From Lytechinus pictus (lineage: Eukaryota), in contig NC_087245.1 in NCBI RefSeq assembly GCF_037042905.1, positions 34,598,001 through 34,662,000 on the forward strand: a stretch of 64,000 nucleotides of DNA, written 5' to 3'. Both the position numbers and the translations under genes were made by a program. The notes beneath the pieces were generated by a model that worked only from the letters and a program-made list of their open reading frames with translations, searched no databases and was not told the origin of the DNA. Positions within the stretch are counted from its first letter, which is position 1. Each line of letters begins with the position of its first letter. Positions 62,755 to 64,000 of this stretch are shown piece after piece.

Positions 62755-64000
62755 TTAAAGTAATGATATAACTTATTAAAGTCAGTGCTTACAGTGGGGA
62801 GAAATTGATTGTTTCGCAGGTACCCATTTCTTTTCAGTGTTTCGTTAAACTTCTCTTACCGGTAATGAATACTACTAGGTCTAAACTACATTTACTCATT
62901 CTGGAATATTAAAAAGAGTTAACTACTTAACAGGCAAATAAAAACTAATTTCAAGCCCTTTACTCATTATACAGGTAGCTCTTCAGGCACTCTGATAGAT
63001 TCTAACTCAAGGTTTACTAATATTCTTAGTTCCTGTTTGCATCCTTATGCTTTTGCCTAATTTATTTTTTTTGATAGCTAGATGGTGCTACTTTTAAAAT
63101 TATATGTGCTTACAGGCTGCATTTTCCCCACCACTCTCTGTGATTATAAATCTGACATATATTTGGTGTAAAACTTAAAATTTGATGGTATTATTTGTAG
63201 TCTTAGTGGGTGATTTTCAAGTTCTGTGTCAACCTTTTGGTGTTTTGTGTTAAGTTGAGTTTCAGGTTAGCACAGCGCCGAACTTCATATGAAGCTTGTC
63301 CAGGGATGCATCTCTCTCACTAGGTGTTGAGCTTTTAATGATGTGATTTGGATCATATTCTTAAACCTGGTTTAGGTGTTGTTGCTGGAGAAGGCAGTCT
63401 GAATTGAGCTCTATACACCTACACCAGCACCGACAATAACTCTAAATACTAACACATGATAGAGGATTATTATTGCAAGCTATGACACTTCAGTAAATTA
63501 ATGAATGTAAACCATTGCAAAGTACAGTATGCGTGTATATAGACATGACATTCATCTTGTTTTTGTGTTTCAGACGTGAAAACAGTAGTTTATTGCAACC
63601 TTTCATTATTTTTCCCAGCGCTTCGTTGTTATCATTTGCCTGTATGTCTGCTAATTTTTTTAGAACTTTCACTCTCTTGTTTCAATAGTGCCTTTCATGG
63701 GTTTCATTGCACTCGTAAGATGTGTGTATACATTACATTACACATGTAAGATGAATGAATATTGGTAGTTTCTTGTAGTGCACTCATTTTGTCCAATACA
63801 GTAATTGAAAAAAAAGGCATATATCACCAGCAAAGGCTTGATGTTTCATGGAGATATGGTATACTTGATATTATAAGTATGTTTACATCACCTGTATTTA
63901 ATGTTTATGATGGAATAGCTTTTGCTGAATCTGTCTTGTAGTGCATACTGGGGCTAGTTACACAAAAACTTCGCAATTGATCATAATGTGTATTTGCATG

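Noticed and set aside
1..64000. Remaining 60-170 aa ORFs and any autonomous transposase or reverse transcriptase
   Set aside because: They fall in MITEs, SINEs or low-complexity intron DNA, many start at non-ATG codons, and none shows a recognisable catalytic motif.

Overview
AT-rich animal genomic DNA. The repeat content and gene style suggest an invertebrate deuterostome, probably a sea urchin (inference, not proven). The window holds one complete plus-strand protein-coding gene, exostosin-1 (EXT1, heparan sulfate co-polymerase). It has 8 coding exons: 7989-8872, 39583-39784, 41154-41273, 53290-53541, 54009-54104, 54724-54813, 55670-55830 and 56954-57335. These give 2187 nt and 728 aa, all junctions GT-AG and phase-consistent, with a ~30.7 kb first intron. 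The rest is intronic or intergenic and packed with non-autonomous transposons: TTAA-flanked Kolobok-like MITEs, Harbinger-, Mutator-, Tc1- and piggyBac-like MITEs, Helentron-associated (HINE/DINE-like) elements and tRNA-derived SINEs. There are also two GAT microsatellites and a dimeric tandem repeat. I found no autonomous transposase, RNA gene or CRISPR array, and I cannot support a wholly new biological system. The most interesting leads are a uATG-rich EXT1 leader with an in-frame uORF, a MITE family carrying a fixed RFX X-box + CCAAT module, a regional excess of TACATGTA in intron 1, nested transposon stacks, and a few antisense exon-like or coding-like islands. Superfamily labels for MITEs rest only on TIR/TSD signatures.
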